Shown: positions 1-9,917, counted from the first letter of the stretch. The stretch: DNA of 45,262 bases from Actinomycetota bacterium (GCA_005792725.1 SXQZ01000202.1:1-45262), one strand, 5' to 3'. Notes: generated from the letters alone by a model not told the origin. Translations and numbers: made by a program.

Positions 1-1
1 C

Positions 2-163
2 CGCACCAGCGGGGAGCAGCGCTTGTCAAACTTCCTCCTGTGGCAGTCGGCGTACGCCGAGATGGTGTTCTCGGATCGCCTGTGGCCGGACTTCGGCCCG
101 GAGGATCTCCAGGCCGCCGTCCGGGAGTACGCCTCGCGCAGCCGGAGGTTCGGCACCCGGTGA
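2..163 (+). CDS. uppS: Undecaprenyl-diphosphate synthase (cis-prenyltransferase), 3' fragment; the 5' end lies outside the window
   Basis: Frame 2 reads [36 protein letters not shown]...RRFGTR*. This carries the conserved C-terminal RLSNFLLWQ and WPDF blocks of UppS. The stop TGA at 161-163 overlaps the next ATG. Confidence 0.85.
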   Translation, partial: RTSGEQRLSNFLLWQSAYAEMVFSDRLWPDFGPEDLQAAVREYASRSRRFGTR

Positions 164-948
164 TGGGCCGCATCCTCGTCGCGATCCCCGGGGTCGCCGT
201 GATCCTGGCCGCCGTGTACTTCGGCGGTCCCGTCTTCGCCGCGTTCGCGTTGCTCGTGGCCCTCGGTGCCCTCCACGAGTTCTTCGCCCTCGCCGCGGTC
301 CCGCGCCACCTGCAGTGGGCGGGGTACGTCACCGCCATCCTCGCCGTGGTACTCGCGTGGGCGGCGTCGCCCCCGGAGCGGGCGCTGCTCCTCGCATTGG
401 GAGCGGGCCTTGTCATGTCGGCGCTCGCGGCCCTCACCATGGGGCAGCGGGACGTCATCACCTCGCGCGTGGCACTGACCCTGATGGGCGCGCTGTACGT
501 GGCCCTGCCGGCCGGCGTCCTGGTGCTCACGCGGGACCTCCCCGACGGCGCGGGGGCCATCGTGAACCTCCTCGTTGGCGTCTGGGTGTTCGACACGGCC
601 TCATACTTCGCCGGGCGGCTGTGGGGCCGGCGGAAGATCGCCCCGCGGACCTCACCGAACAAGACCTGGGAGGGCTTCGCCGGGGGCCTGATTGGCGGCA
701 CCGCGGCGGTCTGGTTTGCGGGCCTCTACATGGACTGGCTCTCGTGGTGGCAATCCATCGTGATCGGCCTCGCCATCTGCCTTGCGGCGTACGTGGGCGA
801 TCTGTTCGAGTCGATGATCAAGCGTGACGCCGGGGTCAAGGATTCCGGGACGATCCTTGGTGGCCACGGGGGCGTGCTCGACCGATTCGACTCCCTGCTG
901 TTCGCGTCACTCGCCGGCTACTTCCTCACGACCTGGATGGTGCTGTGA
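163..948 (+). CDS. cdsA: Phosphatidate cytidylyltransferase (CDP-diglyceride synthase)
   Basis: Multi-TM protein with the CdsA signature ESMIKRDAGVKDSGTILGGHGGVLDRFDS. The ATG at 163 overlaps the uppS stop. The part of the track ORF upstream of it (40-162) overlaps uppS and was discarded. Confidence 0.85.
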   Translation: MGRILVAIPGVAVILAAVYFGGPVFAAFALLVALGALHEFFALAAVPRHLQWAGYVTAILAVVLAWAASPPERALLLALGAGLVMSALAALTMGQRDVITSRVALTLMGALYVALPAGVLVLTRDLPDGAGAIVNLLVGVWVFDTASYFAGRLWGRRKIAPRTSPNKTWEGFAGGLIGGTAAVWFAGLYMDWLSWWQSIVIGLAICLAAYVGDLFESMIKRDAGVKDSGTILGGHGGVLDRFDSLLFASLAGYFLTTWMVL

Positions 949-1991
949 TGACGACGGACGCCGTGGACCTCGATCTGCTCACGCGCCTCTGCGAGGCGCC
1001 GGGGGCGCCCGGTCGCGAGGAACGCATCCGGGAGGTGGTGGTCGGCGAACTGCGACCGCACGTGGACGAGATCACCGTGGACGCAATGGGAAACGTGGCC
1101 GCCGTGCGGCATGGCGGCGGCGGGCCCCGCGTGATGCTGGCCGCCCATATGGATGAGCTGGGGTTCATGGTCACCCATATCGACGACGACGGGTTCATCC
1201 GCGTGGTGCCGCTCGGGGGTTTCGACCCGAAGACGCTCGTGGCCCAGCGGGTGGTCGTCCACGGATCCGAGGACCTGCTCGGCGTGATGGGCGCGAAGCC
1301 GATCCACATCATGACCCCCGAGGAGCGCAAGGCGCTGCCCAAGCCCGATGATCAGTACATCGACGTGGGGCTGCCCGCGGAGCGCGTGCGCGAGATCGTG
1401 TGCAAGGGCGATCCCGTCACCCGGGAGCGCAGCCTCGCGCGCCTTGGTGACCTGATCACATGCAAGAGCCTCGACAACCGCGCGGGCCTGTACGTGATGA
1501 TCCGCGCGCTACGGCGCCTCGCGGAGCACCAGTGCGAGATCGTCGCGGTTGCCACGACCCAGGAGGAGGTCGGCCTGCGGGGCGCACGGGTCGCCGCGCA
1601 GCGCCTGCGACCCGACATCGGCCTGGCCATCGACATCACCCTCGCCAACGACGGGCCGGGGGCCAAGCCGCACGAGCAGGTCACGCGCATCGGGGACGGC
1701 GCCGCCATCAAGGCCTACGACTCCGGGGTCATCGTGCCGCGGGCCGTCGTGTCGCACCTCACGCGCATCGCGCAGGAGCGGGGAATCCCCACCCAGATCG
1801 AGATCATGAGCCGGGGGGGAACGGACACCCGCGAACTGCAACTGGCCGGCGACGGCGCTCCGGCCGGGTGCGTGTCCATCCCCACGCGCTATGTGCATCA
1901 GGTCGTGGAGACCTGTGATCCGGGCGATCTCGAGGCCGCCGCCGCCCTCGTCGCGGCGTTCTGCCAGACCGCGCAGGATCTCCTGGCCTGA
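948..1991 (+). CDS. M42 family metallopeptidase (FrvX / glutamyl aminopeptidase-like)
   Basis: The N-terminus LLTRLCEAPGAPGREERIREVV...VDAMGNV, plus HMDELGF, SLDNRAG and TTQEEVGLRGA blocks, are typical of M42 peptidases. The ATG at 948 overlaps the cdsA stop by 1 nt; a GTG at 945 is an alternative start. Confidence 0.85.
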   Translation: MTTDAVDLDLLTRLCEAPGAPGREERIREVVVGELRPHVDEITVDAMGNVAAVRHGGGGPRVMLAAHMDELGFMVTHIDDDGFIRVVPLGGFDPKTLVAQRVVVHGSEDLLGVMGAKPIHIMTPEERKALPKPDDQYIDVGLPAERVREIVCKGDPVTRERSLARLGDLITCKSLDNRAGLYVMIRALRRLAEHQCEIVAVATTQEEVGLRGARVAAQRLRPDIGLAIDITLANDGPGAKPHEQVTRIGDGAAIKAYDSGVIVPRAVVSHLTRIAQERGIPTQIEIMSRGGTDTRELQLAGDGAPAGCVSIPTRYVHQVVETCDPGDLEAAAALVAAFCQTAQDLLA

Positions 1992-2254
1992 CGCCGGTTC
2001 CCGCGCGGCCCGGGCCGTCGCGGTGATCCTCGCGGTGATCCCCTGACCGGCCTGCCCCGTGTCGCGACCTCGACGCCGCACGCGATGGGGCACCCTCCCC
2101 CGCGGAGTCACGGAGCCATCCGTCCGCGCAGCGGCGCTGACCCCGGACGTGTTCCCCGGGAACGGACGTCGCGTGAATCGGCATTCCGCAATGCCCGTAC
2201 GCTAGGGTCCCTCCTGCCGGATCCGCGTCGGAATTCCCTGTGGGGGCAGTGGTG

Positions 2255-3715
2255 ATGTCCTTATCCGCGTTCATGCGTGTCCTCGTCCTCGTTGGCCTGG
2301 TCGTGGGAGGCGCGGCCAGTAGCGCTCTCGGTGCAGTGGGCGATCGCCTGTCCATCATCACTCCGGCCACACCGGGGACGGCCGGGAATGGCCGCGGTCT
2401 CGAGATTCCCACCGCCAGCCGTACGGCGTGGTATTCGACCGCGGGCTCCGGGCAGGCGATCTTCCAGACCGACGTCGCGACGAACACGTTCCAGGGGTCC
2501 CTCACCACGACGTTGCCCATCAGCGTCTACAGCTTCGGTGCACTCGCGTGGGACAACACCGAGTCAATCATGTGGGGCAGCGAGTACTCCGGGAGCCACG
2601 GGTGGATTGATCGGATCAACCCGGCCTCGGGCGCGGTGACCCGGGTCTTCAATGCGAAGGAGGTGTTCGGGGCCCAGTTGGACGGCATCGATGGCCTCAG
2701 TGTGGATCCCGTCGACGGCACCTTGTGGATGAGCGGGGACGGGATCAACTGGCCCGGCGGCACACGGGTCGTGCACGCATCGAAAGCCGGGGTGGACCTG
2801 GGACATGAGTTCACCGCCCCGTTCGGGAACTCCGGAATCGTCGCGGACACGGATGGTCTCTGGCTGGTGGACCACCACAACGCGACGGTGCACCTGTACT
2901 CGCGGAACGGCGTCTCCCTCGGTGTCGCGTTCGCCACCACCGGGCTGTCCGAGCCAGAGGATGGCACGCTCGATACCTGCACGTTCCCGGGGAAAAAGGC
3001 GCTCTGGATCTACCAATCCTCGCTGGGGTCCAGCGCGAGGCTGGCCGCGTATGAAGTCGGTCAATCCGACAACCGCGGGTGCCAACCGGCTGCACCCGCG
3101 CCACCGGGACCCACCACCCCGGGGTCCTCCGGTGGTTCTGCACCGGGGTCCGTGCCGGCCCGTCCGGAGATCCGGCCGGCGAATGCGACAGGGGGGAGCG
3201 ATCTCTATCCGGGTGCGGGTGTGGTCTTCCTCGCCACAAGCGCCCTCGACCCGACGGGAACGATCTACGTCTACCGCTGGGATTTCGGCGACGGCACGCG
3301 TGTTGTGGCCGGGCGCGGACGTATTACCCGTCGGTTCACCTGTCCCGGTTTCTACCGGGTTCGCGTGACCGTCCTCACCCGCCTCGGAAAGCGCGTCCGC
3401 ATCACCGCCCAGGCGATCGTGATCCAGTTCTCCCGCGGCAAGATCATCTCCGTGAGAGGGCGGCAGGTGCTGCCCTATGTGGTGTCATCGGGGAAGCGCG
3501 TGCGGGTGGCACTCTCCACCCAGAAGGTGTCCGACGGGGCTCCGCGGGTCACCGAGACGGCGTTCGGGTGGGACCGCCTCCCCGTCCGTACCGCCCGTCG
3601 TCCGCTCGCCGCGGTGGCCTTCCCCCGGGGGCGCGTAGGGCGCCACACACTGCGATGGGGGGTTCGGTTCTCCAAGGGCGGGGTCCGCCTGCAGAGCTCC
3701 TGCCTCTGGGCCTGA
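2255..3715 (+). CDS. Secreted protein with an N-terminal beta-propeller-like region, a Pro/Ser/Gly linker and a PKD domain
   Basis: Signal-peptide-like N-terminus MSLSAFMRVLVLVGLVVGGAASSALG. The PKD hallmark YRWDFGDGT follows a low-complexity linker PAAPAPPGPTTPGSSGGSAPGS. A GTG at 2240 is an alternative start. Confidence 0.7.
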   Translation: MSLSAFMRVLVLVGLVVGGAASSALGAVGDRLSIITPATPGTAGNGRGLEIPTASRTAWYSTAGSGQAIFQTDVATNTFQGSLTTTLPISVYSFGALAWDNTESIMWGSEYSGSHGWIDRINPASGAVTRVFNAKEVFGAQLDGIDGLSVDPVDGTLWMSGDGINWPGGTRVVHASKAGVDLGHEFTAPFGNSGIVADTDGLWLVDHHNATVHLYSRNGVSLGVAFATTGLSEPEDGTLDTCTFPGKKALWIYQSSLGSSARLAAYEVGQSDNRGCQPAAPAPPGPTTPGSSGGSAPGSVPARPEIRPANATGGSDLYPGAGVVFLATSALDPTGTIYVYRWDFGDGTRVVAGRGRITRRFTCPGFYRVRVTVLTRLGKRVRITAQAIVIQFSRGKIISVRGRQVLPYVVSSGKRVRVALSTQKVSDGAPRVTETAFGWDRLPVRTARRPLAAVAFPRGRVGRHTLRWGVRFSKGGVRLQSSCLWA

Positions 3716-4009
3716 GGCGCCGGCCCATCCCGGCCGGCACTCCGGGGCCGGGCGGCCCTCGAGCCCATCGGCGGGGCCGCGATGAATCCGGGTGCCAGAT
3801 CCGGGGAGGGCCCCGGCTACGGAGGGTCGGCGAGCTGGAGAACCCAGCGGCTGCCCGTCGGACCGGACCCCCTCATCGCCCGGACCGGACCACCACTGGG
3901 CCCGTCGGGGATCGGGTGGTGGGCGAACGCGCGACCCGGGATTTCGGACGACGTGCGCCCGGCCCGCGACGCAGCGGCACCGGCCGGTCCCGGTGATACC
4001 TTCGGCGGC

Positions 4010-5113
4010 GTGAAGCGCGTCCTCATCCTCGGGTCCACGGGCTCGATCGGGGTCCAGGCCCTGGACGTCATCGACGAGGCCGGGGACATGGAGTGCGTGG
4101 GCCTCGCGTGCGGGACCCGGGCGGGCGAGATGGCGCTTCAGGCGGAGGTCCGGGGCGTCCGGTTCACGTCGGTGGCGGCTGGCGGCGGCACGGTGCCGTA
4201 CGGCCCGGACCTTGCGGCGCTGATAGACGCCGCGGCTCCCGACATCGTGCTCAACGCCCTCGTGGGCGCTGCGGGCCTGCCGCCCACACTGGCCGCCCTT
4301 GACCGGGGAATCCCGGTCGCGCTCGCCAACAAGGAGTCGCTGGTGGCCGGCGGGGATCTGGTCGCGCACGCCCAGCGGCGCAGCGGAGCGGGGCTCGTGC
4401 CGGTGGACAGCGAGCACTCGGCGCTGTTCCAGTTGCTCTCCGGTGTGGACCGCACACGCGTGGCCCGGTGCGTGCTCACGGCCTCCGGCGGACCCTTCCG
4501 CGGCCGTGCCGCGGACGCGCTCGAGGGCGTCACCGCCGCCGACGCCCTTGCCCACCCCACCTGGGAGATGGGCGCCAAGATCACCATCGACTCGGCGACC
4601 ATGATGACCACGGGGCTCGAGGTGATCGAGGCCCACCACTTGTTCGGCCTCCCGTACGACGGGATCGAGGTGGTGGTGCATCCGCAGTCGACCGTCCACG
4701 CGATGGTCCGTCTGGATGACGGGAGCATCCTCGCGCACATGGGCCCGCCGGACATGCGCGTGCCGATCGGCTTTGCGCTGCGGTGGCCCGAACCCCCGCC
4801 CGCGCGTCTCGTGATGCCACTGACGGGAATGGCCCTGACCTTTGAGGACCCGGATGAGGATGCCTTCCCCTGCCTGCGACTGGCGCGGCAGGCCGGTCGC
4901 GCGGGCGGCACCGCTCCGGCGATCCTCAATGCCGCGAATGAGGTCGCCGTCGGCGCCTTCCTCGCCGGGCGGATGGGATTCATGGATATCCCCCGCACCG
5001 TCGCTCACGCGCTCGAGCACGTGGCGGCGGGCCCCGCGGATTCGCTGGAGGCGGTGCTGGCGGCCGACGGCACGGCACGGGCGGTGGCCCGGCGGCGGGT
5101 GGGGGCGGTGTGA
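4010..5113 (+). CDS. dxr: 1-deoxy-D-xylulose-5-phosphate reductoisomerase
   Basis: VKRVLILGSTGSIGVQALDVI NADPH-binding N-terminus; also LANKESLV, DSEHSA and HPTWEMG blocks. Start placed at the GTG at 4010; the in-frame upstream 76 codons are Gly/Pro/Arg-rich and unlike protein. Confidence 0.93.
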   Translation: MKRVLILGSTGSIGVQALDVIDEAGDMECVGLACGTRAGEMALQAEVRGVRFTSVAAGGGTVPYGPDLAALIDAAAPDIVLNALVGAAGLPPTLAALDRGIPVALANKESLVAGGDLVAHAQRRSGAGLVPVDSEHSALFQLLSGVDRTRVARCVLTASGGPFRGRAADALEGVTAADALAHPTWEMGAKITIDSATMMTTGLEVIEAHHLFGLPYDGIEVVVHPQSTVHAMVRLDDGSILAHMGPPDMRVPIGFALRWPEPPPARLVMPLTGMALTFEDPDEDAFPCLRLARQAGRAGGTAPAILNAANEVAVGAFLAGRMGFMDIPRTVAHALEHVAAGPADSLEAVLAADGTARAVARRRVGAV

Positions 5114-6201
5114 GCGCCGGCGGGAACATCGTCGTGTTCATCCTCATCCTGATGTTCCTGATCGTCGTGCACGAGGCGGGCCACATGGTCGTTGCGAAGT
5201 GGTGCGGGATGCGCGTGGAGCGGTTCTCGATCTTCTTCGGGCGGCCCATCGTGAGGTTCCGGCGGGGCGAGACCGAGTACGGCATCGGATGGCTCCCCCT
5301 TGGGGGCTACGTGAAGATCACCGGGATGACCCGGGATGAGGACCTGCCGGAGGAGGTGGTACCGCGCGCCTACTACGCGGCGACGACGTGGAAGAAGGTG
5401 GCCACGATCTTCGCCGGGCCCTTCGTCAACCTGGTCGTGGCGTTCCTGTGCTTCGCGCTCTACTTCTGGATCGGAACCCCCTCCTTCCAGCCCACGAACA
5501 CCGTGGACCAGGTGACCCCGGGCAGTCCCGCGGCGGCGATCGGGCTCGTGGCCGGCGATCGGCTGCTCACGGTGAACGGGATCGCCCTGCGCGGGGATGA
5601 CGGCCTCGCCCGGGGCCGGGCGGAGTTGCAGGCCCACCCCGGTACCCCGGTCGTGGTGCGGTACGCGCACGCAGGACAGGTGGAAACGCGCCGGGTGACG
5701 CCCGCTCGCGCCACGGCGCCCGACGGGCAGGTGGTGGGGCGTCTGGGCCTGCAGTTCCGCATGGATCCCGGTGAGCGGGTGTCCGAGGGGCTCGCCGGGG
5801 GCATCACGACCGCCGGCCGGTATACGTGGTTCCTCATCGAGGAGAACGTGAACGGCATCGGGAGGCTCTTCACCAGCGCGGAGGCCCGGGATGAGGTGGG
5901 GTCGGTCGTGGCGATCGGCGCGGTGTACAACGAGGTGGCAGGCGACGGGCTGACGGAGATCATCCGCTTCATCGGGATCATCAGTCTCGTCCTGGCGATC
6001 TTCAACCTCCTTCCGATCTTCCCGCTCGACGGGGGCCACATCCTGTTCGCGGTTCTGGAGCGGATCAAGGGTTCGCCCATCAGCACCCGCGTCTATGAGC
6101 GCTCGGCGATGGTCGGGTGGGCCGTGATCCTCGTCGTCTTCGTATTCGCGCTGCAGAATGACATCGGCCGCCTCGCCGGCGGTGGCTTCCAGATCCGGTA
6201 G
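5110..6201 (+). CDS. rseP: Site-2 (M50) zinc metalloprotease, RseP/Rip1 family, with a PDZ domain
   Basis: HEAGHMVVAKWCG (HExxH) lies in the first TM region and NLLPIFPLDGGH (NxxPxxxLDG) near the C-terminus, with a PDZ-like segment between them. The GTG at 5110 overlaps the dxr stop (GTGA). Confidence 0.9.
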   Translation: MSAGGNIVVFILILMFLIVVHEAGHMVVAKWCGMRVERFSIFFGRPIVRFRRGETEYGIGWLPLGGYVKITGMTRDEDLPEEVVPRAYYAATTWKKVATIFAGPFVNLVVAFLCFALYFWIGTPSFQPTNTVDQVTPGSPAAAIGLVAGDRLLTVNGIALRGDDGLARGRAELQAHPGTPVVVRYAHAGQVETRRVTPARATAPDGQVVGRLGLQFRMDPGERVSEGLAGGITTAGRYTWFLIEENVNGIGRLFTSAEARDEVGSVVAIGAVYNEVAGDGLTEIIRFIGIISLVLAIFNLLPIFPLDGGHILFAVLERIKGSPISTRVYERSAMVGWAVILVVFVFALQNDIGRLAGGGFQIR

Positions 6202-6231
6202 GCCACACCCGGGCCGCTACACTCCCGGCCC

Positions 6232-7464
6232 GTGGACACGCCCCGACGAATGACCGCGCGCTGTCTCGTGGGCGGCGTCCCGATCGGTGGCGGCGAGCCG
6301 GTGGTCGTGCAGTCGATGACCAATACCGACACCCGCGACGCCGTGGCCACCGCGGCGCAGGTCGCGGATCTCGCCGCCGCAGGGTCCGAGATCGTGCGGA
6401 TCACCGTGAACAACCGTGACGCCGCCGCACGGGTGCCCGAGATCGTCGCACGTCTGCGCGACGTGCATGGGGTGGCAGTGCCCATCGTCGGCGACTTCCA
6501 CTACAACGGTCACACCCTTCTGCGCGAGTTCCCGGAGACCGCGGATGCCCTTGCGAAGTTCCGGATCAACCCCGGCAACGTGGGCCGCGGGGCCCGCCAC
6601 GACCGTAACTTCGCGACCATGATCGAGGCCGCGATCGACCACGCCACGCCGGTCCGCATCGGGGTGAATGCGGGATCGCTGGACCCTGATCTCATGGACA
6701 CGCTGATGGAGGCGAACGCGGCGCTCCCCCAGCCGGCCTCCGGGGCGGCGGTGCTGCGCGAGGCCATGGTGCGAAGCGCGCTCTCGTCGGCCGAGGCCGC
6801 CGAGGAGATCGGGCTGCCGCACGACCAGATCGTGGTCTCGTGCAAGGTCAGCCGCCTCCCCGACATGGTGGCCGTGTACCGCAGCCTGGCCGAGCGGTGC
6901 GACTATCCGCTGCACCTGGGGCTCACGGAGGCGGGCATGGGGGCCAAGGGCGTCATCGCCACCACCGCGGCTCTGTCCGTGCTGCTGGAACAGGGCATCG
7001 GCGACACGATCCGGGCGAGCCTCACGCCTGAGCCCGGTGGCGACCGCACCCTCGAGGTCCACGCGTGCCTCGACATCCTGCAGAGCCTGGGGCTGCGGTC
7101 GTTCCGCCCCGACGTGACCGCGTGCCCCGGGTGCGGACGCACCACCTCGAGCGTGTTCCAGGATCTGGCCCAGGCCATCCAGGCCCGCCTCGACGCCCGG
7201 ATGGCGGTGTGGCGCGTTGAGCGTCCGGGGGTGGTCGGACTGCATGTCGCGGTGATGGGGTGCATCGTGAACGGCCCGGGCGAGAGCCGCGCGGCCGACA
7301 TCGGCATCAGCCTGCCCGGCACGGGGGAGGAGCCACGGGCCCCCGTCTACGTGGACGGGGAGAAGGTCGTGACCCTCGCGGGTCCGACCCTGGCGGAGGA
7401 CTTCATGCAGATGGTCGAGGATTACGTCGAGTCGCGGTACGCGCCCGCGGGGACGACCGCGTGA
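6232..7464 (+). CDS. ispG: 4-hydroxy-3-methylbut-2-en-1-yl diphosphate synthase
   Basis: [25 protein letters not shown]-terminus; RITVNN, INPGNVG and the C-terminal Fe-S cysteines (TACPGCGRT ... GCIVNGPGE). An ATG at 6250 is an alternative start. Confidence 0.93.
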   Translation: MDTPRRMTARCLVGGVPIGGGEPVVVQSMTNTDTRDAVATAAQVADLAAAGSEIVRITVNNRDAAARVPEIVARLRDVHGVAVPIVGDFHYNGHTLLREFPETADALAKFRINPGNVGRGARHDRNFATMIEAAIDHATPVRIGVNAGSLDPDLMDTLMEANAALPQPASGAAVLREAMVRSALSSAEAAEEIGLPHDQIVVSCKVSRLPDMVAVYRSLAERCDYPLHLGLTEAGMGAKGVIATTAALSVLLEQGIGDTIRASLTPEPGGDRTLEVHACLDILQSLGLRSFRPDVTACPGCGRTTSSVFQDLAQAIQARLDARMAVWRVERPGVVGLHVAVMGCIVNGPGESRAADIGISLPGTGEEPRAPVYVDGEKVVTLAGPTLAEDFMQMVEDYVESRYAPAGTTA

Positions 7465-7484
7465 GCGGCGACGGGGGGTGGGGG

Positions 7485-9218
7485 ATGCCCGCCGCGCCGT
7501 ACCGCGGGTCATGGCGGCTCGCGGGGCGCTTCTGGCCGACCGTGCGCGACGACCCGGCCGACGCCGAGGCCGTGAGCCACCGGCTGTCCGTGCGTGCCGG
7601 GCTCGTGCGCCAACTGGCCGCGGGGCTCTACACGGTAACGCCCATCGGCCTTCGGGTGATCCAGCGGGTGGAGGCGATCATCCGCGAGGAGATGGACCGC
7701 ATCGGCGCGCAGGAGCTGCTGATGCCGGTGATGCACCCGGCCGAGATCTGGGAGACCACGGGGCGCTACGGCCTAGCCGAACAGTTCCGGCTGGAGGACC
7801 GCGGCGGCCGCCGGATGGTCCTCGCCATGACGCACGAGGAGATCATCACCTGGCACGCCGCCCGCGAGCTGCGCTCATACCGCGACCTGCCCCAGTCCTG
7901 GTACCAGATCCAGACCAAGTTGCGCGACGAGCCCCGGCCGAAGAGCGGGATGCTGCGGGTGCGCGAGTTCACGATGAAGGACTCGTACTCCTTCGACGTT
8001 GACGAGCCCGCGCTGGAGCGCTCGTACGAGGCGCATGCGGAGGCCTATGCGCGCATCTTCGACCGGGCGGGCCTCGCCTGGTACCGGGTGGAGAGCGATG
8101 TGGGGATGATGGGCGGAAGCGGGGCCCACGAGTACATGGCCCCGAGCACCGCCGGCGAGGACATGATCGCCCGCAGCGCGGCCGGCACGTACGCCGCCAA
8201 CGTCGAACTCGCGGTGTCTGTGGCCGTGGACCCGGAGTTCGGGGATGCGCCGACGGCCCCGGAGGAGTTCGCCACCCCCGGGATCGGGACCATCGTGGAG
8301 CTCGGGGCGTTCACGGGGCTGCCCCCCGCCCGGCTCGCGAAGAGCGTGGTCCTGGTGGCCGACGCCGGCCCCGTGCTGGCCATCGTGCGGGGCGAGCATC
8401 AGGTCCACGAGAAGAAGATCGCGTACCTCATCGGAGCGCACCGCGCCGCCCACCCCGGGGAGGTCCGGGAGTGGTTCGGGGCCGACCCCGGATCGCTCGG
8501 GCCGGTCGGGGTGGATGGCTCCGCCATCCGCATCATTGCCGACTCCTCACTCGCGACGGGGCACTACGTGACCGGGGCCAACCGGGATGGGGTGCACCTG
8601 CGGGGGGTGGTGCTGGGCCGCGACTTCGTCGCCGAGACCGCCGACATCCGGACGGTCCTCGCGGGGGAGGAGGCGGTTGACGGGAGCGGGCCCATCGAAC
8701 TCGTCCCCGTCATCGAGATCGGCAACATCTTCAAGCTCGGGACGAAGTACTCCGAGCCCCTGGGCGCCCGCTACCTCGATGAGCACGGGCAGGAGCACCC
8801 GATCATCATGGGTTCGTATGGCATCGGGCCGGCCCGGGTCGCGATGGCCGCGATCGAGCAGGGGCACGACGAGGACGGCATCGTCTGGCCCCCCGGTATC
8901 GCCCCCTTCGATGTGCACATCGTGCTGATCGGGGATGCCGACAGCGACCAGGGGCGCTATGCCGACGCCCTCATGACCGACCTTTCGGACCTGGGTCTGG
9001 AGGTCGTCCTGGATGACCGCCCGGCCCTCCGGCCCGGCGAGAAGTTCGTGGAGGCGGACCTGCTCGGATGCCCGTTGCGCGTGACCGTGGGGAAGCGGAC
9101 GCTGCCGGATGGCCCCCTCGAGGTCCGGATGCGCCGCACGCGCGAGACGTCGGAGATCCCACTGGATGGCGCGGCCGAGGCGATCCGGGGCCTCTGGCTG
9201 GGCATGGCGTCCCACTGA
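7485..9218 (+). CDS. proS: Prolyl-tRNA synthetase
   Basis: Class II aaRS blocks: SHRLSVRAGLVRQLAAGLYT, YQIQTKLRDEPRPKSGMLRVREFTMKDSYSF, GSYGIGPARV. Start is the ATG at 7485; an in-frame GTG at 7461 overlapping the ispG stop is also possible. Confidence 0.93.
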   Translation: MPAAPYRGSWRLAGRFWPTVRDDPADAEAVSHRLSVRAGLVRQLAAGLYTVTPIGLRVIQRVEAIIREEMDRIGAQELLMPVMHPAEIWETTGRYGLAEQFRLEDRGGRRMVLAMTHEEIITWHAARELRSYRDLPQSWYQIQTKLRDEPRPKSGMLRVREFTMKDSYSFDVDEPALERSYEAHAEAYARIFDRAGLAWYRVESDVGMMGGSGAHEYMAPSTAGEDMIARSAAGTYAANVELAVSVAVDPEFGDAPTAPEEFATPGIGTIVELGAFTGLPPARLAKSVVLVADAGPVLAIVRGEHQVHEKKIAYLIGAHRAAHPGEVREWFGADPGSLGPVGVDGSAIRIIADSSLATGHYVTGANRDGVHLRGVVLGRDFVAETADIRTVLAGEEAVDGSGPIELVPVIEIGNIFKLGTKYSEPLGARYLDEHGQEHPIIMGSYGIGPARVAMAAIEQGHDEDGIVWPPGIAPFDVHIVLIGDADSDQGRYADALMTDLSDLGLEVVLDDRPALRPGEKFVEADLLGCPLRVTVGKRTLPDGPLEVRMRRTRETSEIPLDGAAEAIRGLWLGMASH

Positions 9219-9255
9219 GGCCGGGCTGACCCCCGTGCTAATCTCCGCGGCGCTT

Positions 9256-9329
9256 CGGGGCGTGGCGCAGTCGGGTAGCGCACCCGGCTGGGGGCCGGGC
9301 GGTCGGAGGTTCAAATCCTCTCGCCCCGA
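9256..9329 (+). tRNA. tRNA-Pro (anticodon GGG)
   Basis: Hand-folded cloverleaf: acceptor CGGGGCG/CGCCCCG, D arm GCGC-AGTCGGGTA-GCGC, anticodon stem CCCGG/CCGGG with loop CTGGGGG, T arm GGAGG-TTCAAAT-CCTCT. No CCA is encoded. Confidence 0.9.
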
Positions 9330-9338
9330 TTTTCCGGA

Positions 9339-9917
9339 GTGCCGGTGAGCGGCGGCATAAAGCGCCGCCTGAGGTGGCTGCCGAACGCGATCACCATTGC
9401 GCGGCTCGCCGTCCTCCCGGTCCTCCTGTGGCTCTGCATCGTCGCCGACGGGCCCTCGTGGCCCCTGGGTATCGTGTTCGGGGCGGTCGCGTTCACCGAT
9501 TTCGTTGACGGGCGGCTCGCGACGCTGCTTGACGCCCGCACCGCGCTCGGGCGGGTGCTCGACCCCCTTGCCGATCGCCTGCTGATGGTGGTGGGACTCG
9601 TCGGTCTCCTCGTCATGGACCGCTTCCCCTGGCCGGCACCGACGATTGTCCTCGTGCGCGACATCGCCGCCATCGCCGGTGTCATCTGGTTGTCGCGCCG
9701 GGGGGTCCGCCTGGAGGTTGACTTCGCCGGCAAGGTGTCGTCCGGTTTCAACATGGGCAGCGTGGCGGTCGGCCTCGCGATCTCGGCTCCCTGGATGGAC
9801 GTCGTGTTCTGGTGTGCGGTCGGCCTCTCGGTCCTGACGTTCGTTCACTATGCGGCCATCGCGGTGGAGCAGATGCGCGCCGGGCGGCGCGCGGAGGCGG
9901 CCTCAACCACGACTTGA
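9339..9917 (+). CDS. CDP-alcohol phosphatidyltransferase family protein (PgsA-like)
   Basis: LPNAITIARLAVLPVLLWL, followed by DFVDGRLATLLDARTALGRVLDPLADR, which matches the DG-x2-A-x-x8-G-x3-D-x3-D motif. A Thr sits where Arg is usual. Multi-TM protein. Confidence 0.8.
   Translation: MPVSGGIKRRLRWLPNAITIARLAVLPVLLWLCIVADGPSWPLGIVFGAVAFTDFVDGRLATLLDARTALGRVLDPLADRLLMVVGLVGLLVMDRFPWPAPTIVLVRDIAAIAGVIWLSRRGVRLEVDFAGKVSSGFNMGSVAVGLAISAPWMDVVFWCAVGLSVLTFVHYAAIAVEQMRAGRRAEAASTTT

Noticed and set aside
2018-2041. Perfect 12-nt tandem duplication tcgcggtgatcc x2 in the M42/PKD intergenic region
   Set aside because: There are only two copies of a short unit. This is most simply a slippage scar. No associated structure or binding-site symmetry could be supported.
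3782-4009. In-frame 76-codon N-terminal extension of dxr
   Set aside because: The sequence (MNPGARSGEGPGYGGSASWRTQRLPVGPDP...) is low-complexity. Dxr proteins begin at the (K/R)-x-(I/V)-x-ILGSTGSIG segment, and a GTG lies exactly there (4010).
3485-5020. 511-aa minus-strand ORF covering the dxr region
   Set aside because: It is antisense to a strongly conserved dxr frame. The product is extremely Arg/Gly/Pro/His-rich with no motifs. This is a typical stop-poor shadow frame in very GC-rich DNA.
6217-7512. 431-aa minus-strand ORF antisense to ispG
   Set aside because: It overlaps ispG completely. It is Arg/Gly/His-rich with no motifs. It is a shadow ORF.
8547-9848. 433-aa minus-strand ORF
   Set aside because: It spans the proS 3' end, the tRNA-Pro gene and the PgsA-like gene on the opposite strand. 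A real CDS would not read through a tRNA. The composition is Arg/Pro/Asp/Glu-biased.
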